Below are positions 10,541 through 21,205 of a stretch of 64,000 nt of DNA, one piece after another (positions within the stretch are counted from its first letter, which is position 1; each line of letters starts with the position of its first letter). The stretch is from Thalassobaculaceae bacterium (GTDB lineage: Bacteria; Pseudomonadota; Alphaproteobacteria; Thalassobaculales; Thalassobaculaceae). The stretch covers positions 1,160,616 to 1,224,615 of the forward strand of contig OZ245843.1 of the NCBI GenBank assembly GCA_965228875.1. Direction: 5' to 3'. A program made the position numbers and the translations under genes. A model generated the notes under the pieces. That model made no database searches. It saw only the letters and a list, made by a program, of their open reading frames with translations, and had not been told where the DNA came from.

Positions 10541-12498
10541 CAGAGCGGCATTGTCGGCTCGATCTCTTCGGGAATCGCATAGAGCGTCCCTTCGCCGAAA
10601 TGGCCGCAGTAGTGGTCGAAATAGAACCGGTATCCCTCGGTCTCGCGCATCATCCGGTCGGGGATCTCGATGAACTGCTCGACGGTGTGATAGATCGAGA
10701 TCTCGATCTGCGGGCGGTGCGAGCGCATCAGCGCGATGAGCTGGTCGAGCAGGAAGCCTTCGCCACCCTCGATATCCAGCTTCACGTGGTCGATCCGCTC
10801 CAGACTCTGTTCGCGCACGAAGGTGTCCAGCCGCTTGGACGGAATGGTGCGAAGCTGGCCGAGCCGGCGCTTGGAGACGCGTGTGTCCTCCCAGCACGCC
10901 CCGGTCTCCATCTCGATCTCGCCATCGACATCGCTCAGGGCGAGTTCGTGCAGGTCGACCCGGCAGTTGCTGCCGTCGATCCAGGCCCGCGCCGGCTTGC
11001 CGAGGACGCGGTAGCCGTCGGGATCTATGTTGTGAACCGTCCCGCCCGGAGAGATCAGCGAGAGGTAGGCCGGAATCTCGAAGCCTTCGGCGACGCCAAG
11101 GTTCAGGATCACGTCTCCCGGTCGGTAGACCGCGTAATCGTAGTACTGGACCCGTCGGCACAGGCGTTCGAAGAAACCCTTGATGTAGGTCCGGCGGTCG
11201 GCCGCCAGTGTTTCGAGATACCGTTCGCGGCTGACCGCGTCGGCCATCCGCTCGGCGATCGATCGGCCGAGCGCGGCGTTCTGCGCCAGATACTGCCGTT
11301 CGTGCCCCTTCGCGTACCAGAAGGTCAGAAACTGTCGGGTCCGAATGCAGTAGGCCAGGACGCGGTCGACGTCCACCTTGCCGTCCTCGCCGAGGATCGC
11401 CGGGAGTGCCGTCCAATACGTGTGCCAATGCCCGTACAGACAGGGGAAGTACCAGGCGTCCGGATCGTCGCTGGGGACCAGCGAGAGTGTTTTTCCTGTC
11501 GCGTCGGGGGAGCGGTCGGCACGCAGGAGCCGTGCGTCCGGATTGACGAACGCCAGGATCCGCATCGCCCGTTCGACCTGATCGGCCGGACCGTGAAGCA
11601 CCCACGGTCCGTCATCGGGGAGCTTGGGATGCAGCAGAACGCCCGGCCGCGGCTGAAAGCTCGGGAAGTCGCGTTGAACGTCGAGGGGGGCGAGCGAGCG
11701 TACCTCTTCCTCGAACCGCTCGAAATCCTCTGCCGCGAAGGCTCCCTGGGCGGGGGATCCGGCGCGCGCGGACACCACACTGACCCAGCGGCGCAGTCTG
11801 ACCATGCCGCGCCAGTCGCCGCTGAGACGGAGATGGCGGACTCCGGTGTCGCCGCGTTCCGACAGGTCAGGGTCGAGGATCAGCCACCGCTTGAGGCTGT
11901 TCAGGAATCGTCGCGGCGGCGTGACGTCGATCTGGATCTGCGCCGCACGGGCCATGGCCAGGTCGTGGTGCTGACGGTAGTCCATGGGGGAGAGCAACGC
12001 GCACCGTTCGAGCAACGGGATGGCGAGGTCGTATCGGCGGGCGCCGTAGTACATTGATGCGAGGTCGGCCTGGGGCCAGGCGGAGCCTGGCGCGAGCGCG
12101 GCCGCCCGGCGCAGGCACCGTTCGGCGCGACGCGGATCGGCCGTGGCCCGGGCCTGGAGCGCCTGGATCGCCCAGAGGTCCCACCGCTCCGGCACAAGCC
12201 GGGTCAGCCGACGGATGGCGGGCCCGTTGTGGACCGATCGCCTGGCGTCCAGCAGTTCCCGCTTGAGGAACGACAGGTTGGCTTCGCTCAGCGGCATTGG
12301 GGTGGAACTCAGCGCCACGGTCGACCAGATCGCCAGCCGGCTGGCCGTCCCGGCGCGCCGCGCCCTGTCGGTTCCCTGCAGGAGGGCCAGCAGAGCGGCG
12401 GGGCGGTCGGGTGCCCTCAGGCAACCGACCACGGTTTCGAGCGACGCATTGTTCTGAGGCATCCGACGGGCGATCCTCGATCCAGGGTTACGGGCCAC
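10540..12498 (-). CDS. TPR-like repeat protein fused to FkbM-family methyltransferase; start uncertain
   Basis: TPR-like helices (CLRRAAALAP, LLERCALLSP); C-terminal VILNLGVAEG, VKLDIEGGE, ISIYH. Confidence 0.75.
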   Translation of the reverse strand: MARNPGSRIARRMPQNNASLETVVGCLRAPDRPAALLALLQGTDRARRAGTASRLAIWSTVALSSTPMPLSEANLSFLKRELLDARRSVHNGPAIRRLTRLVPERWDLWAIQALQARATADPRRAERCLRRAAALAPGSAWPQADLASMYYGARRYDLAIPLLERCALLSPMDYRQHHDLAMARAAQIQIDVTPPRRFLNSLKRWLILDPDLSERGDTGVRHLRLSGDWRGMVRLRRWVSVVSARAGSPAQGAFAAEDFERFEEEVRSLAPLDVQRDFPSFQPRPGVLLHPKLPDDGPWVLHGPADQVERAMRILAFVNPDARLLRADRSPDATGKTLSLVPSDDPDAWYFPCLYGHWHTYWTALPAILGEDGKVDVDRVLAYCIRTRQFLTFWYAKGHERQYLAQNAALGRSIAERMADAVSRERYLETLAADRRTYIKGFFERLCRRVQYYDYAVYRPGDVILNLGVAEGFEIPAYLSLISPGGTVHNIDPDGYRVLGKPARAWIDGSNCRVDLHELALSDVDGEIEMETGACWEDTRVSKRRLGQLRTIPSKRLDTFVREQSLERIDHVKLDIEGGEGFLLDQLIALMRSHRPQIEISIYHTVEQFIEIPDRMMRETEGYRFYFDHYCGHFGEGTLYAIPEEIEPTMPL

Positions 12499-12581
12499 TG
12501 TGTACCAGATCGCCCGCCCATCTGATATTTCCGAGTGCCGGACTGGCAGGGGCGCCTGGGGCCGACGGGAGTGCGTCGCAT

Positions 12582-13355
12582 ATGATCGAATGGCACGATA
12601 CGGGGATCGTTCTGTCCGCCAGGCCTCACGGCGAAGGATCGGCCGTCGCCTCGCTCCTGACCCGCGAACATGGGCGTCACGCCGGCCTCGCGCGCGGCGC
12701 GTTCGGATCGCGCGGCCGCGGTTTGTATCAGCCGGGCAACGTGGTGACCGCGGTCTGGCGCGCCCGGCTGGCCGAGCATCTCGGCGCCTGGACGTGCGAG
12801 CTCGAGACCGGTTACGCGGCCGGGCTGATGGACGACCCTCTGCGGCTCGCCGGGCTCTCGGCGGTCTGCGCCGTCGCCGACGCCGCCCTGCCGGAACGGG
12901 AACCGCACCCCCGGCTGTTCGAGGCGCTCGCCGCTTTGCTCGAGGTCATGGCCGACGAGGCTCTCGGCGATGCCTGGATCGCGGTCTATGTGCGCTGGGA
13001 GATCGGCCTGCTCGCCGAACTCGGGTATGGCCTCGACCTCGACACCTGCGCGGCAACCGGCAGCAACGACGATCTGGCCTATGTGAGCCCGCGGTCCGGT
13101 CGGGCGGTCTCGCTGGCGGCCGGGGAGCCTTACCGGGACAGGCTGCTCACGCTGCCCCGATTCCTTGTCGGAAACCCGGGGAGTCGCGGCGGCGGCGATC
13201 CGGACGACCTGTTCTCCGGCCTGGCCCTGTCGGGGTTTTTCCTGGAACGCCATGTGTTTGCGACCCATGGCCATCAGCCGCCACCGGCGCGAACGCGATT
13301 CGTTGAACGCTTCGCCGAGCGCGCTACAGTATCTGGTGGAGGTTCCATCGAATGA
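12582..13355 (+). CDS. recO: DNA repair protein RecO
   Basis: [43 protein letters not shown]. Confidence 0.95.
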   Translation: MIEWHDTGIVLSARPHGEGSAVASLLTREHGRHAGLARGAFGSRGRGLYQPGNVVTAVWRARLAEHLGAWTCELETGYAAGLMDDPLRLAGLSAVCAVADAALPEREPHPRLFEALAALLEVMADEALGDAWIAVYVRWEIGLLAELGYGLDLDTCAATGSNDDLAYVSPRSGRAVSLAAGEPYRDRLLTLPRFLVGNPGSRGGGDPDDLFSGLALSGFFLERHVFATHGHQPPPARTRFVERFAERATVSGGGSIE

Positions 13356-15607
13356 ACACGACATCTACCGATCTTCCGCCGGGCCCGCCCGATGGCACCG
13401 GCACCGTCCGCGATACCTGGCTGGCCGACGCGCTGAGCGAGCGCTACCTGGCCTACGCGCTGTCGACGATCATGGCGCGTTCGCTGCCGGATGTGCGCGA
13501 CGGCCTGAAGCCGGTTCATCGCCGGCTGCTCTACGCCATGCGCCAGCTTCGCCTGGATCCGGACAGCGCGTTCAAGAAGTCCGCCCGCGTGGTCGGCGAT
13601 GTCATGGGTAAGTTCCACCCCCATGGCGACTCCGCGATCTACGACGCCATGGTGCGGTTGGCGCAGGACTTCGCGGTCCGCTATCCGCTGGTCGACGGCC
13701 AGGGCAATTTCGGCAACGTCGACGGCGATAACGCCGCCGCCATGCGCTACACCGAGGCACGCCTGACCGAGGTGGCCCAGCGCCTTCTGGACGGCATCGA
13801 CGAGGACACGGTCGACTTCCGCGCCACCTATGACGGGGAGGGAGAGGAACCGCTCGTCCTGCCCGCCGCCTTCCCGAACCTGCTGGCCAATGGTGCCCAG
13901 GGGATCGCGGTCGGCATGGCGACGTCGATCCCGCCGCACAATGTCGACGAGCTCTGCGCCGCCCTGCAGCATTTGATCCGGCACCCGGACGCCCGGGACG
14001 AGACGTTGGTCGACCTGATTCCGGGGCCGGATTTCCCGACCGGCGGACTTCTCGTTGAGTCCCGCGAGGCGGTGACCGAAGCCTACCGCACGGGCCGCGG
14101 CGCTTTTCGCGTTCGCGCGAAATGGGAGGTCGAGCGCCTGAAAAACGGGACCTGGCAGGTCGTGGTCACGGAGATCCCCTACCAGGTACAGAAGTCCCGC
14201 CTGGTCGAACGCATGGCCGAACTCCTGCAGAACCGCAAACTGGCGCTGCTGGGGGATATCCGCGACGAGTCCGCCGCCGACATCCGGCTAGTGCTTGAAC
14301 CGAAGAGCCGCAACGTCGATCCCGACGTGATGATGGAGAGCCTGTTCAAGCAGACCGACCTGGAGAGCCGGGTCTCGCTCAACCTGAACGTCCTGGACAA
14401 GGACAACGTGCCTCGGGTGATGAGCCTGAAGGAGGCGCTGAGGGCCTTCCTCGACCATCGCCACGAGGTTCTGGTTCGCCGGACCGAACATCGGCTGGCG
14501 AAGATCGCCCATCGCCTGGAGGTGCTTGCCGGCTACCTGATTGCCTTCCTGAACCTGGACGAGGTGATCCGGATCATCCGCGAGGAGGATGAGCCGAAGG
14601 CCGAGCTGATGCGGACCTTCGATCTCTCCGACGTCCAGGCCGAGGCGATCCTCAACATGAGGCTCCGCTCGCTGCGCAAGCTCGAGGAGATCGAACTGCG
14701 CAAGGAGCACGAGCAGCTCTCGGCCGAGCGCGACGATCTCCTCGACCTGCTCGGGGACGAGGCCCGGCGCTGGAAGACTGTCGGTCAGCAGATCGGCGAG
14801 ATCCGGCGCGAATTCGGCAAGGCGACGGAGATCGGCCGGCGGCGCACCGAGATCGGCAGCCCGCCCAGCACCGTCATTGTCCCGACCGAGGCCCTGGTCG
14901 AGCGCGAGCCGATCACCGTGATCTGTTCCGAGAAAGGATGGATCCGGGCGCTGCGCGGCCATATCGGCGCCGATCAGGAGGTGAAATACAAGGAGGGGGA
15001 CGGCGAGCGCTACCGGGTGCACGCCGAGACGACCGACAAGATCCTGGTGTTCGCCACCGACGGCCGGTTCTACACGATCGGCGGCGACAAGCTGCCATCC
15101 GGTCGCGGCCATGGCGAGCCGATCCGGTTGATGATCGACCTCGCCAATGACGAGGACATCGTCACCATCCGTCCGCACCGGGCCGGCGAGAAGCTGCTCG
15201 TGGCCTCGACCGAGGGGCGCGGCTTCATCGTGGGCGCGGATGACGTGGTTGCCCAGACCCGGGCCGGCAAGCAGGTGCTCGTCACCGACGCCAAGGCAAC
15301 GGCCCATGTCTGCATCCCGGTGAGCGGCGACACGGTCGCGGTGGTCGGCACCAATCGCAAGCTGCTGGTGTTCGACGTCGTCGACCTGCCGGAGATGGGC
15401 CGGGGCAAGGGCGTGATCCTGCAGAAGTACAAGGCGGGTGGAACGCTCGCCGACGTCACGGTGTTCAGGGCCGAGGACGGGCTGTCCTGGTCGCTGCAGG
15501 GCGGCAGGAGGCGTACGGAAAGCGACCTGACCCCATGGCGAGGCAAACGCGCTGGTGCCGGGAAACTGCCGCCGACCGGTTTCCCGCGTCCACCGAGGTT
15601 TACGTAG
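13352..15607 (+). CDS. parC: DNA topoisomerase IV subunit A
   Basis: [22 protein letters not shown] catalytic Tyr; 751 aa, no GyrA box seen; follows recO. Confidence 0.95.
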   Translation: MNTTSTDLPPGPPDGTGTVRDTWLADALSERYLAYALSTIMARSLPDVRDGLKPVHRRLLYAMRQLRLDPDSAFKKSARVVGDVMGKFHPHGDSAIYDAMVRLAQDFAVRYPLVDGQGNFGNVDGDNAAAMRYTEARLTEVAQRLLDGIDEDTVDFRATYDGEGEEPLVLPAAFPNLLANGAQGIAVGMATSIPPHNVDELCAALQHLIRHPDARDETLVDLIPGPDFPTGGLLVESREAVTEAYRTGRGAFRVRAKWEVERLKNGTWQVVVTEIPYQVQKSRLVERMAELLQNRKLALLGDIRDESAADIRLVLEPKSRNVDPDVMMESLFKQTDLESRVSLNLNVLDKDNVPRVMSLKEALRAFLDHRHEVLVRRTEHRLAKIAHRLEVLAGYLIAFLNLDEVIRIIREEDEPKAELMRTFDLSDVQAEAILNMRLRSLRKLEEIELRKEHEQLSAERDDLLDLLGDEARRWKTVGQQIGEIRREFGKATEIGRRRTEIGSPPSTVIVPTEALVEREPITVICSEKGWIRALRGHIGADQEVKYKEGDGERYRVHAETTDKILVFATDGRFYTIGGDKLPSGRGHGEPIRLMIDLANDEDIVTIRPHRAGEKLLVASTEGRGFIVGADDVVAQTRAGKQVLVTDAKATAHVCIPVSGDTVAVVGTNRKLLVFDVVDLPEMGRGKGVILQKYKAGGTLADVTVFRAEDGLSWSLQGGRRRTESDLTPWRGKRAGAGKLPPTGFPRPPRFT

Positions 15608-16352
15608 GGGAGGGCTCCGCCCGCTCCGGCTGCTCCTCGAAGGTCCGCCAGCCGTCGGGGCCGAGCATCTCCACCGGCCGGTACAGGGTCTTGTAGGACA
15701 TCTTGCGGCAGCCCTCGATCCAGTAGCCGAGATAGACATAGGGCAGCCCGAGCGCCGCCGACCGGCGGATGCTGTCGAGAACCATGAACCGGCCAAGCGC
15801 CCGCTTTTGCGCGCCCGGTTCGAAGAAGCTGTAGACCGCCGACAGGCCATCGTCCTGATGGTCGATCAGGATCGTCGACCACAGCGCGCCGCGGCGGTCG
15901 CGATACTCGATCAGCGCCGATTCGATCGGCGAGCGTTCGACCATGGCGCCGTAGTCGGCCTCGTCCATCAACGCCATCTCACCGTCGCCGTGGCGGCCGG
16001 CCTGATAGCGGGAGAACAGCTCGAACTGTTCGCGCGTCGCCTCGTTCGGCACAACCTCGCCGGTCAGGTCGGCATTGGCGCGCAGCACGCGCCTCTGGCC
16101 CTTGGTCCACTCGAAATCGGCGACCCTGATCCGCACCGGCACGCATGCCTGACAGGATTCGCAGGCCGGCCGGTAGGCGAGATGCTGGGTGCGGCGGAAC
16201 CCGGCGCGGGCCAGGGTGTCGTGGGCGTGCCGTCCGCGCCGCGTCGACAGATCGCAGACCAGCCGGCGTTCCTGACGTCCGGGCAGGTAGGGGCAGGCCA
16301 TCGGCAGGGTGTGGAAGAAGGTCAGCGGCGGGGCAAGCGTGGCGTCGTGCAT
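15600..16352 (-). CDS. bpt: Aspartate/glutamate leucyltransferase (ATE1-like, N-degron pathway)
   Basis: [39 protein letters not shown]. Confidence 0.92.
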   Translation of the reverse strand: MHDATLAPPLTFFHTLPMACPYLPGRQERRLVCDLSTRRGRHAHDTLARAGFRRTQHLAYRPACESCQACVPVRIRVADFEWTKGQRRVLRANADLTGEVVPNEATREQFELFSRYQAGRHGDGEMALMDEADYGAMVERSPIESALIEYRDRRGALWSTILIDHQDDGLSAVYSFFEPGAQKRALGRFMVLDSIRRSAALGLPYVYLGYWIEGCRKMSYKTLYRPVEMLGPDGWRTFEEQPERAEPSPT

Positions 16353-16361
16353 GCTGGGGTG

Positions 16362-17444
16362 TCAGCCTCCAACCCGTGGGGCGGGGGCCCCGGTATCGTT
16401 CAGAAGCGGCCCGCCCGTATCGTTGGCGGCGGCCGGCGTACGGGACGGGGCTCCGGATGCGGCCCCCGGAACTCCGCCGCTTACCGACGGGTCGAGAAGG
16501 TTCAGATCCTCTGCCTCGCCGGGCGTCAGGTTTTTCAGCACGATGCTGATCCGCCGGTTCGTCGGGTCGGCCGGATTGTCCTCCACCAGGGGCTCGCGGT
16601 CGGCGCGTCCGGTGACCTTGACGATGCGACTGACCGGTATGCCGTTGCCTTCCAGAACCCGGCGGGAGGCGTTGGCCCGATCCGCGGACAGTTCCCAGTT
16701 GGTGTAGGTCGAACCGGCGGCGAACTGCGAGCTGTCGGTGTGCCCCGAGATCTCGATCTTGTTCGGCAGTTTCTTGATGACCTCGGCGACCTTCTGCAAC
16801 AGGCCGCGCGTCTGGTCGTACATAGCGGCGCTGCCGTTGGGGAAGAGGGCGATGCGCTCCTGGTCGATGAGCTGGATACGCAGGCCTTCCGGCACGGCGT
16901 CGATCTGCAGGGACTCCCCGGCCTCGGAGAGCTCCGGTGTCTGTTCGATGGCTTCCCGCAGCGCCGCTTCGGCCTCATCGAACTGCTGCTGCTCGCGTTC
17001 GCGCAGGAGTTGCTCGACGATCTCCTGGTTCATCGTTCCTTCCTCGTCCTCGCGCGAGCCGAGGCGGGATTCGATGTTTTCGGGGTCGTCCGAATCTGGG
17101 TCGAGGGACTCGGTGCGCTCGGCCTGAGGCCGGGCCACCTGAGGGGTTGAGATCATCGGCGGCGAACTCGCCGACTTGAGCGCGCCTGGTACCGTGATCG
17201 ACGTACCGCCCAGCACGCCACCGGAGCCGGAGCGCGTCGACCGGCTGATTGCTGTCGGGTCGAAATAGTTGGAGATGCCCATCTTCTGTTCTTCCGTGGT
17301 CGCGTTCAGCAACCAGAGCAACAGGAAGAATGCCATCATCGCGGTCACGAAATCGGCGTAAGCGACCTTCCAGGCACCGCCGTGATGGCCGCCATGACCA
17401 CCCTTCTTGACCTTCTTGATGACGATCGTGGCGTGATTGTCCAC
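16362..17444 (-). CDS. motB: Flagellar stator protein MotB
   Basis: HHGGAWKVAYADFVTAMMAFF, OmpA-like GHTD..NWELSADRA..NRRI. Confidence 0.95.
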   Translation of the reverse strand: MDNHATIVIKKVKKGGHGGHHGGAWKVAYADFVTAMMAFFLLLWLLNATTEEQKMGISNYFDPTAISRSTRSGSGGVLGGTSITVPGALKSASSPPMISTPQVARPQAERTESLDPDSDDPENIESRLGSREDEEGTMNQEIVEQLLREREQQQFDEAEAALREAIEQTPELSEAGESLQIDAVPEGLRIQLIDQERIALFPNGSAAMYDQTRGLLQKVAEVIKKLPNKIEISGHTDSSQFAAGSTYTNWELSADRANASRRVLEGNGIPVSRIVKVTGRADREPLVEDNPADPTNRRISIVLKNLTPGEAEDLNLLDPSVSGGVPGAASGAPSRTPAAANDTGGPLLNDTGAPAPRVGG

Positions 17445-17482
17445 CGTTGGCGTCCCCTAATCGTGGCCAGTGGCTACGCCCT

Positions 17483-17499
17483 TGCAAGGTCGGTGCCGG
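17483..17499 (-). promoter_or_regulatory. Candidate sigma-54 (-24/-12) promoter for motB
   Basis: Minus strand CCGGCACCGACCTTGCA, GG-N10-GC spacing, ~40 nt above the motB start. Confidence 0.55.
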
Positions 17500-17541
17500 A
17501 ACCGCCGCCGTCAACCCCGCGCCATGCCTGAACGATCATCC

Positions 17542-18402
17542 TTAGACCGGCGGCAGGGCGGCGACGGCCTCCTCGACCTCGAAGAACGAGGGGCGGTCCT
17601 TGGACAGCAGCGTCTTGCGCGCGAACTCAACGGATACGGCCGGTGCATAGCCGGACACGTGGGCCAGAAGGCCCGCCCGGATACAGCTCATGTACTTGGC
17701 ATCGGCCGCGAAAGTGTTGGCCATGGAAGCGGCCAGGGGGCTCACGAAGCCGTAGGCGAGAAGAATCCCGAGGAACGTGCCGACCAGAGCGCCGCCGATC
17801 AGCTTGCCGAGCACCTCCGGCGGTTCGGTGATGGATCCCATCGTCTTGATGATGCCGAGCACGGCCGCGACGATGCCCAGGGCCGGGAAGCCATCGCCCA
17901 TGGTCTGATAGGCCGACTGGACCGCCGCGTCCTCGGCGTGATGGGTCTCCAGTTCCTCGTCGAGAAGATCGGCCAGTTCGTGCGGATTGTCCGTGCCGAG
18001 CGTCATCATCCGAAGATAGTCACACAGGAACTCCATGGTGTGATGGTCGGCGGAGAACTTCGGGAAGGCCTGGAAGAGCGAACTCTCCTCCGGTCTCTCG
18101 ATATGGGACTCGATGGCGAGCATGCCCTTGGTCTTCGCCAGCTTGAAGATCGCGTAGAGCAGGGACAGCAGTTCGAGATAGTCGTCCTTGTTGTATTTCG
18201 GTCCCTTGAGCGCCGACTTGAAGCCGTATCCGGCCTTGCCGAGGATATGCTTCGGGTTAGCGACGATGAAGGCGCCGACACCGGCACCACCGATGATCAC
18301 GAGTTCGAACGGCTGCCACAGCGGCGCCAGTTTACCGCCCATGGCCATGTAGCCGCCGATCACGCAGGCCGTGACGACCACCCATCCGATGATAATGAAC
18401 AT
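17542..18402 (-). CDS. motA: Flagellar stator protein MotA
   Basis: WQPFELVIIGG, PALGIVAAVLG, ALVGTFLG, VEFARK; 4 TM segments. Confidence 0.95.
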   Translation of the reverse strand: MFIIIGWVVVTACVIGGYMAMGGKLAPLWQPFELVIIGGAGVGAFIVANPKHILGKAGYGFKSALKGPKYNKDDYLELLSLLYAIFKLAKTKGMLAIESHIERPEESSLFQAFPKFSADHHTMEFLCDYLRMMTLGTDNPHELADLLDEELETHHAEDAAVQSAYQTMGDGFPALGIVAAVLGIIKTMGSITEPPEVLGKLIGGALVGTFLGILLAYGFVSPLAASMANTFAADAKYMSCIRAGLLAHVSGYAPAVSVEFARKTLLSKDRPSFFEVEEAVAALPPV

Positions 18403-18560
18403 CCTCGGCTCCGCTTCCGGTGCTAATCCGCGCCACGTACGACGGGACACTCAAGGATACCCGGTCTTAGTCTCATTCGCGAGCCTTTCGCCGTGCGGCG
18501 GTTTGAATCCGGCCTGCGCGCGCGCTATGTAGCGTGGCGCTGCTGCTACACGAGGTCCCG

Positions 18561-19049
18561 ATGAACGCCCCCATCCCCGTCTCTCCCGGAGATTTTCGGG
18601 CGGTCCTCGGCCGCTACGCCACCGGCGTCACCGTCGTGACGACGCGCGCACCGGACGGCGAGCCGATCGGCCTCACGGTCAACAGCTTCACATCGGTGTC
18701 GCTGGACCCTCCGCTGGTGCTGTTCTGCCTGGACCGTTCCGCCGGCAGCCTGCCGGCCTTCGAGGCGGCGGCGGGGTTCGCGGTCAACATCCTGGGCGCC
18801 GGACAGGAGGCGGTGTCCAACCGTTTCGCCGATCCATTGGCCGCCCGCTTCACCAATGGCGGCATCGCCGACTGGTCGACAGGCGCTCCGGTCCTCTCCG
18901 ACGCGCTGGCCGCGTTGGACTGCGCGCTTCATGCCCGGCACGACGGCGGCGATCATGTCATCCTGGTCGGGCGGGTGCTGCAGCTTGCGGTTCTGACCGA
19001 CGGCGAGCCTCTGGTTTACTGGCGCGGGGCCTATCGGACGCTCAGCTAA
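18561..19049 (+). CDS. Flavin reductase (DszD/HpaC-like)
   Basis: ATGVTVVT, NSFTSVSLDPPL, GGDH, PLVYWRGAY. Confidence 0.92.
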   Translation: MNAPIPVSPGDFRAVLGRYATGVTVVTTRAPDGEPIGLTVNSFTSVSLDPPLVLFCLDRSAGSLPAFEAAAGFAVNILGAGQEAVSNRFADPLAARFTNGGIADWSTGAPVLSDALAALDCALHARHDGGDHVILVGRVLQLAVLTDGEPLVYWRGAYRTLS

Positions 19050-19113
19050 GGTCCGGCCAACCGCAGTCACCAGTCACCAGTTACCAGCCGCGTTCATTCG
19101 ATCGCCAAAAGCG

Positions 19114-20361
19114 CTAAGCGGACGGCTCGTCGGTTTCGATGCCGAGGAGCCGCGCGCGGATTCCGAGATCGCCGAACCGTCCGAGGATGTCCTCGACATG
19201 CGCCGGGTTGCGGGTCTCGATCACGACATCGAGGTCGGCGCTCTTCACCGGAATGTCCTGGAACATCCGGTGATGCAGGACCTCGACGATGTTCCCGCCG
19301 GTCCTGCCGATCGTCTCGGCGACCGTCGCCAGCATCCCGGGCTCGTCGGAAATCTGCAGGCGCAGGCGGATCAGCCGCCCGTCGCGCACCAGCCCGCGCA
19401 TCAAGACCGAGGACAGCAGGCGGGAATCGATGTTGCCGCCGCAGACGACCGTCGCCACCGACTGGCCGGCGAACCGCTCGGGCGCGTGCAGCAGGGCGGC
19501 GATACCGGCGGCGCCGGCCCCTTCGGCGACGACGCGCTGCTGTTCCACCAGCATCTGTACCGCGCGCTCGATCGCCCGCTCGGGGACCAGGACGATGTCG
19601 TCGACGAGTTCGGCGATGATCCTGCGGGTGAGGGCGCCCGGATCCTTCACGGCGATGCCCTCGGCAAGAGTAGCGCCACCGGACCTGATCGGCAGGCCCT
19701 TCACTGCGTCGTACATGGCGGGGAAGGTGTCGACCTGGACGCCGACCATCCGGATGTCGGGTCGGCGGTCCTTCAGCGCGATCGCCATGCCGGCCATCAG
19801 CCCGCCGCCGCCGATCGGCACGACCACGCAGTCCAGGGGACCCGCGTCGGCATCGAGCTCCAGACCGACCGTTCCCTGGCCGCGGATGATGTCCGGATCG
19901 TCATAGGGATGCACCAGGACCAGCCCGTCCTCGGCGATCAGGGCGTCGGTTCGCGAGATACAGTCCGCCAGCGTGCGACCTTCAAGCACGATCCGCGCGC
20001 CGTGTGCCCGGGTACGCTCCACCTTGGAGAACGGCGTGGTCGCCGGCATGACGATCGTCGCGGGGATGCCCAGGCGGGCCGCGTGGTAGGCGACACCCTG
20101 GGCGTGGTTCCCGGCGGACATCGCGACCACCCCCCGCGCGCGCTCCTCTGCGTCGAGACCGCTCAACCGCACGAAGGCGCCGCGGGCCTTGAAGGAACTG
20201 GTGACCTGGAGGTTCTCGAGCTTCAGAAACAGGTTGCACCCCAGGGAGGGACCGAGGGTCGGTGCCGGAACCAGGGGCGTGCGCAGAATCGCTCCCTCGA
20301 GAAGGTTGGCGGCATCCGCGATCATCGCGGGCGTGACGGGCGTATCGACGAGCGTGTCCAT
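19114..20361 (-). CDS. ilvA: Threonine ammonia-lyase with C-terminal ACT domain
   Basis: KLENLQVTSSFKARG (PLP Lys), SAGNHAQG, PIGGGGL, GGNID. Confidence 0.88.
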   Translation of the reverse strand: MDTLVDTPVTPAMIADAANLLEGAILRTPLVPAPTLGPSLGCNLFLKLENLQVTSSFKARGAFVRLSGLDAEERARGVVAMSAGNHAQGVAYHAARLGIPATIVMPATTPFSKVERTRAHGARIVLEGRTLADCISRTDALIAEDGLVLVHPYDDPDIIRGQGTVGLELDADAGPLDCVVVPIGGGGLMAGMAIALKDRRPDIRMVGVQVDTFPAMYDAVKGLPIRSGGATLAEGIAVKDPGALTRRIIAELVDDIVLVPERAIERAVQMLVEQQRVVAEGAGAAGIAALLHAPERFAGQSVATVVCGGNIDSRLLSSVLMRGLVRDGRLIRLRLQISDEPGMLATVAETIGRTGGNIVEVLHHRMFQDIPVKSADLDVVIETRNPAHVEDILGRFGDLGIRARLLGIETDEPSA

Positions 20362-20457
20362 GACCGGAGGATAGCAGGGATGACACCCGCGGGCGCGCGC
20401 CGCCGATAGCCGCGATTGGATTCAACTCGATTGCATGCTAGATATCGGCGATGGGGT

Positions 20458-21186
20458 ATGGGGGAGCGGACGCCACGGTGGTATGTCCGCAATTCGCGTT
20501 CTGGCTTGATTGACGGGGCGGGTCCATTGCTCGGTAAGCTGCTTCTCGGTCGACTGCGTTTAACGTTGCGGGGGTTCGCCGCTGCGGCGTTTCTGCTTGC
20601 GTCGGCATCGTTGGTCCACGCTCAGTCCGCAGACGCGCCCGCAGGCGATGATCGGACCGGCGCCTGGTACGTCGTGGGTGATCTGGGCGAGGACATGGCG
20701 CGCGGTCAGTCGAATTTGGACGGATTCGCGGGCTTCGACGACCGTCTTGTGGTGGGCGAGGATGAGCGGCGTCGCGTCACGCTCGGTCTGACCTTCTCCA
20801 ACGCCGAGGCTGATCGCACCCTGAGTTTCACCGCCCCGACGCCGGCATCGGACGCCGACGGCGAGGACCGTTTCACCTTTCTCGTTTCCGGCGCCTACGA
20901 CTGGCATACGGGCACGATCGTGACACCCCGCTTCATGGCCGGGGTCGGCATCAGCTATCTCGATCCCGATGTCGTGCCGGCCAGGATCCGTCAGGACGGT
21001 ACGGGCGACGGCGATCTGGCGCCGGCGATGCAGGTCGGGATCGGTGCCGACGTCGCCATATCCGGAACCCTCGATCTCAGCGCCGAGTATCGCGCCTCGG
21101 TGCGCGGCGCGACGGAAACCGGCCGGGCCGAATCGGATCCGCAGGTCGATCAGAAGTTCATGATCGGCGCGAGAATTCGCTTCTAA
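20458..21186 (+). CDS. Outer-membrane 8-stranded beta-barrel protein; start uncertain (TTG 20566 possible)
   Basis: Signal-peptide-like segment ending VHA|QS, amphipathic strands, terminal Phe. Confidence 0.75.
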   Translation: MGERTPRWYVRNSRSGLIDGAGPLLGKLLLGRLRLTLRGFAAAAFLLASASLVHAQSADAPAGDDRTGAWYVVGDLGEDMARGQSNLDGFAGFDDRLVVGEDERRRVTLGLTFSNAEADRTLSFTAPTPASDADGEDRFTFLVSGAYDWHTGTIVTPRFMAGVGISYLDPDVVPARIRQDGTGDGDLAPAMQVGIGADVAISGTLDLSAEYRASVRGATETGRAESDPQVDQKFMIGARIRF

Positions 21187-21205
21187 CCTACTGATATAAA
21201 AAAAA

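Noticed and set aside
13352..15607. Quinolone-resistance substitution in ParC
   Set aside because: HPHGDS keeps the Ser; no basis to claim resistance
16362..18402. motAB as Zorya ZorAB defence genes
   Set aside because: Canonical MotA/MotB motifs and lengths; no long ZorA tail or zorC/D/E neighbours
19064..19087. CAGTCAC x3 short tandem repeat
   Set aside because: Too short, no spacers, not CRISPR; no evidence of function
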